DNA of 63,774 bases, the filler included, from Dugesia japonica (Eukaryota), in assembly GCA_001938525.1 (NCBI GenBank). It is 5 parts of 5 records of this genome, joined end to end, with 100 filler letters (N's around TTAATTAATTAA, not from the genome) between each part and the next. Parts side by side here need not be neighbours in the genome. Positions count along the whole stretch, not along the records: positions 17,689 to 33,541 come from MQRL01606398.1; positions 33,642 to 48,958 come from MQRL01545633.1; 3 more parts are not named here. One strand, 5' to 3'. The translations under genes and the position numbers were made by a program. Shown here piece after piece: positions 25,360 through 38,393 of the stretch (position 1 is the first letter of the stretch; each line of letters begins with the position of its first letter). The notes beneath the pieces were generated by a model that searched no databases, was not told where the DNA came from, and saw only the letters and a list, made by a program, of their open reading frames with translations.

Positions 25360-28300
25360 TTCTAAGTATTTGCATAGTTTGGTTTTTGCAAATATTTTAA
25401 TTAAGTTATTAAGAAAAATTTCTACTTTAATGCTTATTTAGCTTTATACCATTTTCTGAAGATTTACTTTTAAAGCTTTAATTGGTTATCGAGTTTTCTC
25501 ATGGGCATTAGGAAACTTTTTCAGATATAATTTTGAATCCTAAATAATGGCTATTTTTTTATGAATTTTCGTTGCGATTATTTATTGGTTTTCATCAAGA
25601 CGGAATAATATTAATTTGATTTCGTTATCCTAATTTGGTTTCTATATTTAATTTTTTGTCAAGAAATTTATATTAATTTGAATAAATTATGTCTAATATT
25701 TATTTAAATAATAATAAGATAATGTTTTAAGGAAATGTTTTTTATTATCAATTTCCATAATTAATTTGTTAATGAATTAATTGTCAACCAAACGCATCAT
25801 ATTTATTTTACAATAAAAATTAAAAGCAAATTACATGTAAGAAATTATTAAAATAACTATTAGATACAATATAATGAATCTTCAATTAGTACTAAATAAT
25901 ATTCTTTTTAATCAAAAAGGAAAACGTAGAAAATCTAAGCCACAAAGTTTTTAAATTTTAAAATTATATATATATATTTTTATGGAACACCTATTCAATA
26001 TTTAATTGATAAATTGCCTTTATTGTTTATAAAAATTCATTTCATGTAGCACNNNNNNNNNNNNNNNNNNNNNNNNNNNAAAAATTGTTTTCTTATGCTA
26101 GTCTGTGATGAATGGAATTTTAAAGTATATCGATTTTTCAATATTCCAAATGAATTGTTCTTTTTAGTTTTCTATGGGAAAATTTTGAAAATCATATTTT
26201 TATTCAAATAATGAAAAATCATTTAAAAAATTGAATATTTCGTCTTATATTATTGTAGAAATAAATATTAATTGGTAATTCTTTTTAACGAAGATTATAA
26301 CATTAATAATGATCTGTAAATAAATTTCATTAATTAGTTTATGTAAAAATTAAACTGTAAGGAAACTAAAATAGATATATTATCATTTCAAAATCTTGGT
26401 TTATTTTTTTGTCCATCTTTATTATTCTTATCATCTTGTAGATCAGAATTTGGTTAAAATTGTTTCACTGACCGGATTTCGGTTTGTAAATTAAAATCTT
26501 ATCTTTTATTTTTGATTATATCTTGTCACCTTAGTATATTTTATATTATTTTAAATATTGACTAAAAATGTTAAGATACTTTAACATTCTTTACCCTTTT
26601 TGTAATTAAATACCTTGTCACGAGTTTATGAAATTTTCCTAAATTTAATATTTGACAACTCCTGAAGAAAATAAAATCGAAAATTTGGGAAAAAATAAAA
26701 CGTTTTTGTTAATTTAATAAAAATTTTAAAAAGAAAAATTTTTTAAAAACTTTTTTAGTATATTTTTGTAATTTTGAAAATATTTCATTTTTTTAATTCA
26801 CAGATCAATGGTTAAAAATTTTTAAAAAGTAAATAATTACACAAAGTATAATTTTTACAATAAACAAAAAATTAATATTTGAATTCTAAAACACGGTTCT
26901 GAGACATTTACAGATCACGAAGTTATGTAAAATTTAGAAATGGATTCAGAATTTGATAGGAAACATTAGTTACTTTGAGGGATCTTGAACGATTCTAAAT
27001 TTGAAGTATTTGATGCAATTTTGTAAATTTTACTCTTAAATGAATCGTGATGGAAATTTCCATTATACATAATATTTAGGTGTAATTATACTTTTTTAGT
27101 CTGGCAATAATTTAAAGAGCCCTTCTATGGATTTAAGTGAAAATAAAAATAAAATCAATCTTTTGTCTATGGTTTGTGTCAATAATAATTTTTATAATAC
27201 TTGTTTAATGTCTCTGTGTAAAAAATCATGCTTTTAAGGGTTAAGTTGTTGTATCATTTGAGTACAAAAAGGTGTTTTTAATATTTCGTTTAAAGGCAAG
27301 TCATGTTGATTTAGAACATGTAAAGAAAGAAACTCAACTAAGAAAATCATTATTCAACTATAATTTTTATTTTCGTAATACTGTTATCTTGGAAATACCT
27401 TGTACACAAAGAAATTCGTGGATTTCATTTTTGCATTGGATTGGTTTGAAATCAGATGTAATATAAATATTTATCTATAATCATTTCTGCTTATTCAAAT
27501 AATTTATGAAATTTATTTTCAGCGCAATACAATAAAATTAAGTTTCGATATTCCACTTAATGATAGCAATTATATCGGTGAGAAAACCAACCTGGGAATT
27601 AGTGTTAAAGTCGAACCTAATTGGGAAAAATCCAGCATCACTCAATTTTCATCGAAAGAAGATATAGCAGCATCCAACATAGTCTGGGTGAAAACTGTTA
27701 TCGAGAATGGCGCTGCTTACAGGGTATGTTTATAATTGCTGTTTAATATTAGCGTGATAAGTAAAATATTATTTAATTACAGCTAGTTAGATTTGACTTG
27801 TGATATTTTTATCTTAATTGCAAAGCATAATAGATTATTATATTGATTTAGCATGGGAAATTAATGGTTGGAGATCAACTTCTTGAAGTCAATAATCAAT
27901 CATTATCTGGTCTTGACAGTGAGGAAGCTTTGAAGAAATTAAAAAATATTATTAAAGAAGCTCAAGATTCTGATGACGGAATTGTTCACGTTGTTGTCCA
28001 AAGAAATTTTAATTTGGCTAGAAGCTCATCATTGAATACAGTTAGAATTTTTCCCCTTTATCTTTTAAATATTAAAGCGTTTCAATATTTCTATATTTAA
28101 TCAAAAGAAATTTTGAAAAGAAATAAGTTGAGATCATGAAAAATATTGCTTAATTTTTATTTTTAAAATTTTTTTTTAATATTTTCTAATTTTGTTGAAT
28201 TTGCTCTACTGTAGTAAAAAAAGTTTTGGTTTTGATTCTTTGTAATAGTTTATAAAAAGAATTTTTAATTGTCCCCAGTGTCATCAAATATTATTTAAGC

Positions 28301-31296
28301 GTTAGTTTGCAAGAAAAGATGACAATTAATAAAAAATTGCATAAAGTTTTCACCATGGCTCTGTTCGTTGTTTTTCAGATAAATTTTCGACGAATTTTTT
28401 TCTATGGGCGTCATATTTGTGGGATATGGCACCGAGTGACTTCTTCATATTGCCTTGATTCAGTGTGGTAATAATTCGAAAAACTGATTTGCAAACAATG
28501 TATTTAATTGAGAATTGAAAGACAGTGGCGCTAGTGTGTTGCAGTTGAAAGAGATATTTTTGAAAAGAACCAAATGAATTTGAATTTATAGTAAGCGTTT
28601 GGGAGTATAACTTACACTGGATTCAATTTTCTTGTTTTTGAATCATAGCCTTCAAACTTGTAAAAATTGTTGATTGATTAATATTTAACGATTCTGCAAG
28701 ATCTTCTTGCATTTCGGTTGGGTCTTGATCGACTAAAGCCTCCAATTTCTTTGGTTGTCCTTGACGTTCCTTATCATCATTGTCAAATACACCACTTTTA
28801 AAACGCCTAAACCAGTACTGGCACGTTGAAATCGACGGACTGCAGTCGCCATATGCTTCTGACAGCTTTTGTTGACTTTCCATAATATTGTTTTTCAAAT
28901 GGAAGCAAACAAGCAAAGTTTTCTGCAAATTGAGTCTTGTTGGGATAAATTTCAATATAATCAATACTAAAATAAAAAAGAATTTAAATGAAACATTCTG
29001 ACAACTGTACTTAGGTAATGTTTATTTGACAGGAGGATGGCAAAATTTTGATCGATTAAGGCAATAAATTTCCAAGCCTTTAAAATTTTTAATTTCCAAT
29101 TACAATTTCAATTATTAAAATAATATAAATCGTAGAATTTTTAATAAAATTTTGTCTGCATTTGTCATAACTGATCAGCGTTTTTGAAGTTTATTTTAGT
29201 GGGAATTTATCAACCAGTCACTACTATTGTGACTGTTTAGAATTATCGATAAATTACTCCCACATGTTTCTATTTATCGTAGACGTAGTAGTGATATGAT
29301 TCATTATCGACAGAACCGTTTCTGTTTTGTTCTCTATTTATCCGGGTAGAAAATATCTTAAATTGTGTATGTCGTTATATCGTGTTTATATGCTTCAGAT
29401 TGGTGTGTATTTTATTATACTTATTTATTGTCCATACTAATTAAAATGAATGGAACCAAATAATTGTAATAAATTTTAAATTTCTTTTCAAATTATAGAT
29501 GTGACTTAATTAATTTCATTTCGTTAATAAATTACGTGCTGAGATAGAAATTTCAATTTAATTAATGGTATGAACATTATTTAAATGTCTGAAAATTTTA
29601 ATTATTGGTCTGATTTGCTGATTGATTATATTGGATCATTTCCTTATTTTTTTTATTAAATAATCAATAGTTTACTTATTTAATTTTGGCTTTTGAAATA
29701 TTCTGAAAATTTTGCTGAATATATTGTAAATAAAATTATCACAAAATTAATAAATAATGTTTTGATGAAAATGTTTTATTAATTCTAGTTTACATTGAAT
29801 GTCAACATAAATGCTTTAGAAAGCAATTTTTCATCGAACAAAATTACATATTTTATGTAATCTATTAGTATTTTTTCAAGTTGCCAATAGCTTTCAAAAT
29901 CTGTATAATTTTATATAATGTAATTTACAGAAACTGTTTAAATTTTCTTTTAATTTCTTAAGCACATATTTCTCAATTAAAATTTAAAAATTTGTTGTGA
30001 TTTTTTGTATATATAAAAATGTGTATAAATTTATTACTTCTTAAATATTTGATGGAAAATGAAATAATATTCGTAAGATTTATCTTGTGCAATTATAATG
30101 CCGCATGTTTAATTTTTTAAAGAAAAATAACTATGGTATACTATTTCAAATTGTGCAGTGATTATTCCAATATATTAGGTTGTTCAGAAAGTAAATTTGG
30201 TTTTTTTCAGTAAAATTCAAGACTAAATTTTTTTATTNATAAAATCATTTTCAATTGACAATGTGAACAACTGAGTCAAGCATTCTGCCATCCAAACAAT
30301 GTTGGAGGGAGCGAAATAAATGAAAATCGGATGGAGATAGATTGTATGAATATGGTAGATCTAATAATTACTGCCAGTCACTAAACTTGTGTGAGGTCTA
30401 GCATTGTCATGGTAATATACTAGTTTTCTTCTGTTCGCCAATGTTGATCTATTTAGCTTGATACATTTATTCAATTTGTCCATTTGGTTACAATAAACCT
30501 TGGAATTAATAATTTGATTGCTCCATAGTAGCTCAAAAAAATTACTCTTTGCTAATCCCATTAAACAGAGCACATCACTTTGTTTTCACGGATTCCAATT
30601 TTTAATATACTTTGATATGATTCATCTCTCTTGCTCCATAACCACTTGCGGCTGTAGTTGCTATAGATAATCCACTTTTCGTCGCTTGCTATGGTTCATT
30701 TCAAGGATGGTCTGTTTTCAATGAGATGACTAAGATCCCGTTCTGTGAAAAAGCGTGAAATGAACATATCGAGCTTTGCATCATAATCAGGGTGTTTCAA
30801 ATTGGGATGGACAGTTGAATTAGACAGATTCAATGTCTTTCCAATATCCTGAGTTTGGAGCCGACTTTCTTTCGATAAAGTAATCTGCTTTGACTGACTA
30901 TCCAGAAAGCAGTTCATGTTGAAAGTCAAAATCTCCCAAACAAAACCTAGATAACCAAATTTGGCATTGGCGTTTGGTTATCGCATCTTCTACATACATA
31001 GCGCATAATTTTTTTCTAGCATGTGCGGCATATTTACCTTTTCGGTAATAAAATTAGAGAACATTTCGAAAATCAATATCTTATTATCCATTTCAAATAT
31101 GCAACCTAAAAAATAATTTGATTTATTAAAAAAAACTTACCAATAAATCAAACTAGTTATGAAAATTATTGTAATGAGTATTGGTTTAATAAGTTAAAAC
31201 TGTCTTTTGTACTATAAATAAAGACTAAACATGGAGATAAAAAACCGAAGTTACTTTACCTACCTAATATTTATAACACAAAGAATAGTTGTTGAA

Positions 31297-31363
<67 letters not shown>

Positions 31364-31413
31364 NNNNNNNNNNNNNNNNNNNNNNNNNNNNNNNNNNNNN
31401 NNNNNNNNNNNNN

Positions 31414-31472
<59 letters not shown>

Positions 31473-31904
31473 GTAATCATTATTATTGTTTAGTTAAATT
31501 CAATGACTGGAAGTGGAAGTGCCAATTCTTTTATGCCTTTTTATGATGCCGGGCGAAATAATCTATCACATAAATTTCCTATTGACCATCAGGCGAAAAA
31601 CATTCCTCCCTCAGTTAGTCAACATGACGCTATCGATAGTGAATTTGTGCCAAATGTAATTTTATCTATGATTATTGGAGAAATATTGTATAAACTGTTT
31701 TTATTAATTTTTTAGCTACGATTGGCATTAGATCAGTCAAATATCAATGCCACTAAATTTTCTAACAAATCCACCAAACGCTCAGCTCCGGTGCCGCCGT
31801 TCTGTGATTCCAGTCAGCCAGATATCTGTCAATTGGATAAAACACCGAAATCCAAACCTGCTCCTCCACCTCCACCTCCGCCTCTAGCTAGACGACTAAA
31901 AAAA
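22541..31904 (+). CDS. par-3: Par-3 (PARD3/Bazooka)-like PDZ scaffold, internal exons
   Basis: In-phase AG/GT exons: 22541-22683 ([32 protein letters not shown]), 24854-25054, 27523-27723 (FDIPLNDS..LGISVK, PDZ3), 27852-28040, 31494-31655 and 31716-31904 (Pro-rich). PDZ2/PDZ3 sequence and intron positions resemble PARD3; the last two exons are less certain. Confidence 0.85.
23375..23515. mobile_element. Penelope pseudo-LTR fragment with a hammerhead-like core
   Basis: Shared terminal motif. The minus strand reads AATTC CTGACGA AAACAAAGTC AAATATTC GAATT. Confidence 0.6.
25124..25357. repeat. (ATT)n / (TAA)n microsatellite flanking a gap
   Basis: Visible directly; the orientation flips across the gap. 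Confidence 0.9.
28300..28990 (-). mobile_element. Mariner remnant (mauritiana/Mos1-like)
   Basis: ORF 28623-28964 reads LLVCFHLK..ESQQKLSEAYGD..STCQYWFRRFKSG.FD.DDKER.G.PK, the Mos1-type HTH region. Confidence 0.85.
30175..31268 (-). mobile_element. Near full-span decayed mariner (mellifera-like) with both TIRs
   Basis: TIRs TTAGGTTGTTCAGAAAGTAAATTTGGTTTTT / AAAAACCGAAGTTACTTTACCTACCTAA with TA flanks. HDNARPH and DEKWI motifs. Confidence 0.85.
31299..31471. repeat. (TTA)n microsatellite immediately upstream of a Par-3 acceptor
   Basis: Visible directly in the sequence. Confidence 0.9.
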
Positions 31905-32699
31905 GTTATTTTTTAACATGTATTATTTCTTTTTTCGTTATTTTGATTTCTTTTAACTTTAATAATTAAATAATGTGTGAAGTTTCTAAAAATAGTTTTA
32001 AAATTTCGTTTCTTTTAAAACTTATTAAATTTCTTCCAAAATTTTTCTCCTGTTTGTTAAAATATTATTTTATTAAGTGTCAAACATTTTGTAGTATTCA
32101 TAAAAATTTCCATTGAATTTTTTTAGCATTTACAAAGGTTATTAAGAAGTTTATAATTCTGTATTTTGCTTTAATTTAAAACTTTATTATTTTTTCGTTA
32201 TTTTTTGTATAATATTTATTTTTCTTTCGAATTTATATTTTTTGTTTAGTCATAATTCATTTATAATTAAATCTAATTTTACATTCATAATAAACTTACT
32301 TTGGTAGATTTTTGAGAAATGATGATGGAAATGTTTTATTTCGATCCGGTCATTATCACATTTATATTGTAAAATAAGGCAATATTTTAAATTGTAATCA
32401 TTATAATTGATCAATCTAAAGATTTTCTCAACAAGAACTGTATTTGTTCAAATGCGCATTGAAAGAAATAGTCTAATTTTTTAATAAGCAATACATTGCA
32501 TAGTATTCTAATTTTTATAAAATTTTGAATTCTACTTATTTTGATTTTAATATTTTTCATTTTCATTTTAAAATTAATATTGATTTTAAATTTTTATCAA
32601 AACTTTTTAAAAAGAAATCATTACGTTTTCCGAAAATAAGACAAAGGTTTTTTAAAAATTCTTTCAAAAATCTTACTTTGACTAACTTTATGAGAGAGT

Positions 32700-33420
32700 A
32701 TCATAGGAGTGGTATCCTTGAGCAAATAAATATCCTGGCTGCGTGGCTTGCGTCGGATGCTTCAGGTTTTAAGTATGAGATTATTGTAGTAATCCGATTT
32801 TAAGTATTCTTCAGTAAAATCTCTCTTCACGATGCCATTTTTATCCCAAAAGACGTTCAACACTGCACACTTTACGATGTGAAATTCTTAGACAAAAGAC
32901 CTTGGATGGCTTCTCATTTTCGAAAATCCATTCCTTTGACTCTGTTGTATAGTAAGGAAGGTAGAGACTCAATGTTGACTCGTCCGACTGCATCCAGAAG
33001 ACGAAGATTCCTTTCACAGGCCATTTTTCGTATAGCCATCATCTCAGCTCTTAAATGTCTCGGCACGAACCTGTTACACAACTTTCGGATTTCCATTTGC
33101 TCCAGAAGTAGCTGAACGGTTCTCTTGCATACACTCAATCTCTCAGATAGCTGCATTTGAGTAATTTTTCGGTCATTTGTCACAATATCTTTCAATTTTT
33201 TTAGAAATTTCTTCACTAATTTCGGCAGGTCTTCCTTTTTTAGCTGCATCAAAAACATTTATTTGACCAGATGAAAATTCTCGTATCCAGTTATACATTG
33301 CCGCCTTAGATGGGGCTTCTTCACCATTTACCTCTTGAAGCTGATTAATAATTTCCTTCTTTCTAGTTCCCTTGATATGTAAAAATTGGATCACACTGCG
33401 AAATGAAACATATTTTTTGA
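32700..33420 (-). mobile_element. Mariner remnant (irritans-like), frameshifted
   Basis: IQFLHIKG..APSKAAMYNWIREF..GRP and RKLCNRFVPRHL, split across two frames. Confidence 0.8.
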
Positions 33421-33541
33421 ATTATTCTAATCTAGTGCAAATAAAAATTAGTATATTAAAACAAATCGTACATTCCATACCTATATATGATTATTATTTT
33501 ACGTGCAAAATTTTATTTAAATATCTTCAATATTTCTGACA

Positions 33542-33641
33542 NNNNNNNNNNNNNNNNNNNNNNNNNNNNNNNNNNNNNNNNNNNNTTAATTAATTAANNN
33601 NNNNNNNNNNNNNNNNNNNNNNNNNNNNNNNNNNNNNNNNN
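33542..33641. other. Artificial scaffold-joining linker
   Basis: 44 N + TTAATTAATTAA + 44 N. Confidence 0.95.
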
Positions 33642-33818
33642 GTAACTTTAAACGAAGAGCAAAGAAAAGCATTGGAAAAACATAGAAATTCTTTGTTGTC
33701 AATTGTAAATACCAAAAATAATAAAGTAATGAAAAAGGTCATGTACGAACAAAATGGTAGCTTTTTAACAATAATACTACCAATAGCATTAAATTTATTA
33801 AGTCTAGATAAATTTTAA
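33642..33818 (+). CDS. 3' end of a small Maverick-type ORF (QxG-FL amphipathic tail), paralogue of 40420-40730
   Basis: VTLNEEQRKALEKHRNSLLSIVNTKNNKVMKKVMYEQNGSFLTIILPIALNLLSLDKF* aligns with TLLALINTKNRKSMK*V..GGNFIAALLPSALTVL. Confidence 0.65.
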   Translation, partial: VTLNEEQRKALEKHRNSLLSIVNTKNNKVMKKVMYEQNGSFLTIILPIALNLLSLDKF

Positions 33819-33858
33819 TAAACAATGAGTCTTATTACTATTATTATTATTATAATTA

Positions 33859-33912
<54 letters not shown>

Positions 33913-33962
33913 NNNNNNNNNNNNNNNNNNNNNNNNNNNNNNNNNNNNNNNNNNNNNNNNNN

Positions 33963-34016
<54 letters not shown>

Positions 34017-37000
34017 ATTATTTAAATAAATTTGAATTTTTTTTCCTTTCATACAAATAATGTATTTAAACAAACATGTAATAATTCATTTAAATAAAAA
34101 AATTATTTAAATAGAAAGTTATTACATTATCAAGCTTATGTAATATTTTTCTGTGAGTAGTACCAATAAAAATTAATATAAATTTCGATTGATTGAATTT
34201 ATCTATATGAAACATAAATAAACTAAATTTAATTAGTATTAATTTATAGATAATGTCAAATTATACTGAAGAAACGTTTGACAGTCAGAAAGAAACATAG
34301 ATATATCATCCTGATGAAGAATATTCATGGATAGAAGCATGTTTTGATAACCAAACAGATGATGATGAAGACATGGAAACATAAGAATTTACTATAGACT
34401 CTGCTTCTGATTCTAGATTCTCTAATACATTCAGGTACTTGAATTCTTCTCATTTGTGATTGTTCTGCATTTTCTAGTCTTCGAGATTCTCTATTTGAAA
34501 TGAATCATTTTGACGTCGACGTATAGATTGCCGTGTAATTTCATAAGCACGGTGCAATCTTTGAACTACTGTATTAGCTCTTCTTTTTTGCTGAATTGGA
34601 TTTGAAGAAGAATTATTCAGAACATTTTCACGATATCGATGATTTATTTCACGTCTTCTTGATGACAATTTGATTTGCTTCAACCAATTTAGCTCTGCTA
34701 GTTGTCTTTGAATTCATTCAATTGTATTTCTCAATCTCATAAAATAAACTGGTTCATTTGGTTGATTATTTGAATTTCTTCTTCAAGGCATCTGATTGAA
34801 TTTGAACTTTAATTTTAAATACTCACTTGGAATAAGAATAAATATTTTGAATCATAAATTTGAGGAAAAAATACAACGCAGCCATATAACCAAAATCAAA
34901 TAAATATTAACTGTAAACTACATTTGTAAGAAAAAACTCAAATTCACAACAAAATTGAATATTTATACGTTTATAAATAACAAAAAAACAACTTAAATTA
35001 TGGTCTACAGAAGTTATTTGTCACCTAAAAAAAAATTCAACATTAGAGAATTTTTTATGGGAAAATTTTAATCCTACTTACCAAATATCACAGTAGATTT
35101 GAAGCGTTGTTTTGACACAAATTGACAAATATCTAAATTTTACATGTATCAAATTTCACTGTTTATCATCAAAAAAAATAATTCATAATTTTAAAGAATT
35201 TTGAAAGTCAATAATTAATTAAAACAACAACAATTAATTGTAAACTTTCAGTTAAAAATAATGTTTTAAACATTATAGATGAGAAAATTCATGAAAGGTG
35301 GCATGCAGTACAAGAAGAAAATGGACAGTGTTTAGAAAGAAATGTGGAAAAACTTAAGAAATTGGATATGAGGAAATAATTATTAATACATAACTTCAGC
35401 CAATAACAATATGAATTCTGATTTTCAAAATGAATCAACAATTGAAGATTTACCTGACATATATTAAGACTCCTCTCTTCCTGGTTCAAAAAATTTTAAA
35501 AACAAAACTTCCCGGTTCAAAAATACTCAAAGAATATTCAAAAATACAGCATTTATAACCAAAATAAAGATTTGAAAACATTATGATGTCATACATTCCT
35601 AATGGAAAAACTTCAAATAAATCTTAAATAAACTGATAATTAATTCTCTTTCCACACATATCATTCACCCCTTGCATAAAAGTTTTTTAACACAATTACA
35701 CAACTTAGAAAATCAACCAAACAAGTTCAAGCCCTTAAATTCAAAAATCAAAGCACATACCACAACATTCATCTTCCCAATTACACTACCTTTCCAACAA
35801 CCCATCAACCAACAAAATCTATCAACCCAATACAAACTAACACCCTCTCAAAAATCACCCACGATAACTGATACAATTGTACCCGTGCGCCACTACTTTT
35901 CTAGAAAAATCATCCATCAAACCTCATAAGTTCTTTAGACAATGTATAGACCGAATTTTTATAAACCACAACCAAATCTTAAAAACCCCCAAAAAATTAT
36001 TTCCAAGATGTCCAACTCCCCTTCGAGTCCAAATTCCTTCTTTCACACACACACACCCATACATACAAACTCAACGTGACCTACTTTTAAAAAACCACCT
36101 TAGCAACCTAAGCACACACAAATTTTAAAACTTAAAAAATACACACACACAATCCTAGGATCAAAAAAACTGATCTGATCCAAATATTTTTGATCCCACA
36201 AATCTTAGGAAAAAAAAATCACAAAAAATGATTACAATTACTTATTACCGAGCACCCACTCTCCCAGGAGAACGGGTATTGCGCGATAACTGCTTAAAAA
36301 CATTGTGCACGTGTGCCACTATCAACCTACTGTCGTGAAAGTTTATCCAAATTTCTTAAAAGTCGTAAATTGTTATACGTTGATAAAATACTTTATACTC
36401 TTTTTAACTATGTCCAAGGATTTCCATTGTAATCAAGAATTTGTCTTACTTTAGATTAATTAAAGTTGTTGCACATATTTGTTTGATTGGTACAGGCTAT
36501 CTATTCTTCACAATAGAATACTTAAAACTTGAATGTCATTTAGTAATATTTCAAAAAATAAACCTAGTATTGAATTTAAAAAATTTTAATATAAACTATT
36601 AATTAATTATAATTATATATTATATATATTTTGTTTAAATTCATTGTTTGCAATAAATGCAATCTTTTCAAATTTAGAAAATTTTTTATTCGTATATACA
36701 ACTCAAATCTTTTAGAAATTCTTCAATATTACAGAAAAATGTGCAAACCATTGAATATTTTATATCTAGACCAATACACATCATTAAATCTGAAGCATTT
36801 ATTAACCCAATTCAGTCAATAAACCTTGTACATTCCATGCATTTTACTTATAAATTCAATTTATTTACACATTTGACTTACATATTATATTCAATATTTT
36901 CATTTATCTCAATCAAGTCAATCAATACAACCAATTAATTCATTGAATATGCTTTATTTGTTCCCTAAGAGATAAATCTATAGGCAATGGTTACTATTTT

Positions 37001-37140
37001 CATTAAGCTGAGTCTAATTTTTATTGAGTGTTAACATGATTCTATAGTCTACCAGCATAATGTATTTCATCTTCAATGATACAGTTAATTATTTTACATA
37101 ATTATTTATTAACTAATATAACAATTTTGTCAAGGCAAAT

Positions 37141-37710
37141 ACAATAGTTAGCTAATGATCACAGTATGACACAGTTAACCAACGTGTTACAGTAAACTAA
37201 TGTGCAACAGTGAAACTGATGGTTACAGTAAAGCCTATGTGTTACAGTAAAATCAGTGTAATACAGTAAAGTCAATCCATAGCATACTTAAGACCTGATC
37301 GAATCAAATTGTTCAAGTAAATTATTTGATTTATTACTAACTTCTCAAATTAATCTATAATTCTCAATTCATCAAGTTCAATCATTCACACATTATTTTC
37401 CTTAAGTAATGTGTAATTTGTAACTATTCATATATAAAATTCCCAACACCTATGAATAGATTGTAGACATCAATAAGCAAAAGATCACCCCCATACGTGC
37501 AAAATATGGTAAACTATGTAAACTATAAATTTTAAAAACATTCCACAGAGTTTAGCAACAGAAAGTCAGTAAATACAGTAAACAAGTAGATATAGTAACC
37601 AAATGGGTACAGAAAACCGATGTAATACAGTGTAACCCATGAGTTTCAGTAAACTGATGGATAGAGAAGACAAATAAGATTCCCAAAACCAATGTCACAC
37701 AGTAAAGGAA
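37141..37710. repeat. Two arrays of a degenerate 17-19 bp ACAGTAAA-core tandem repeat
   Basis: Units such as ACAGTAAACTAATGTGCA and ACAGTGAAACTGATGGTT at about 37160-37275 and 37545-37710. Confidence 0.8.
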
Positions 37711-37955
37711 CTACATCATTAGTGTCACTCAAATATTTGCCAGCCTTATCAACTACCTTCAGTTTAATATACAATAAAGTATCATTCAAATCTAAATATT
37801 CAGTTTGAGATCCATTTAAATAAAATTCTATATCGCTTTGTGGTTCCGAAATTGAATTCATTGGAAACACATCTTAAAATACAGAATTTTCAATAACTGC
37901 TTGGGGTGATGGAAGATCAGAAATACATATCATTCAGTTTTACCACAAATGATTT
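37705..37955 (-). pseudogene. Maverick major capsid (double jelly-roll, PY/hexon) N-terminus, truncated
   Basis: DLPSPQAVIENSVF*DVFPMNSISEPQSDIEFYLNGSQTEYLDLNDTLLYIKLKVV matches the Polinton MCP pattern P.Q..IE...P...IEF...Y.DL..T.LY. Confidence 0.85.
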
Positions 37956-38393
37956 TCAAAAATGGTTCCATGTCCGTTCATTTGTTTGTTAATACGTGAT
38001 GCATTTGATTTTTTACGCTTTTTAATAATTGTTTGAGGTTGCTTTGTTATCATATTATTTATTTCTGATAGAATCATATTTGTTATACTAAATGGTAACA
38101 TGTTTGTTACTTTAGGAATCATATTAGTTACTCCACTAGGTAACGAAGACACTACATCCCGACGTTCTGCCAGTGCATTAGATTTCAATGTTGGTAATAT
38201 TTTCCATTATTAATTATACTATCTTGAGCAGTTTTCATACATAAACTACCAATACGTTTAATTGTTCGCAGGAAATTGTTCGCAGGAAATTGTTCGCAAT
38301 CAGACGGAACCATAGTGTTTTCTTACAAAGTAAGGCAATTCTCCACCTGCTTGGCTATTACTTTACAATGATATATTATCAGGATTAGACATT
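37950..38393 (-). pseudogene. Small Maverick core-like ORF preceding the major capsid
   Basis: QAGGELPYFVRKHYGS at the N-terminus, a basic KKRKK tail, and frameshifts. Confidence 0.65.

Noticed and set aside
31231-31546. Poly-Y/I/L/N ORFs here and at 17163, 25106 and 33804-34073
   Set aside because: They are translations of (ATT)n microsatellites and N gaps.
8369-33541. A cilia/polarity gene cluster (CFAP96, CK1, PRL, Par-3)
   Set aside because: Par-3 is on a different scaffold across an artificial linker, and nothing shows co-regulation of the other three.
37141-37710. CRISPR-like appearance of the regularly spaced ACAGTAAA repeats
   Set aside because: The units are about 18 bp and degenerate along their length, with no unique spacers, no cas genes and a eukaryotic context.
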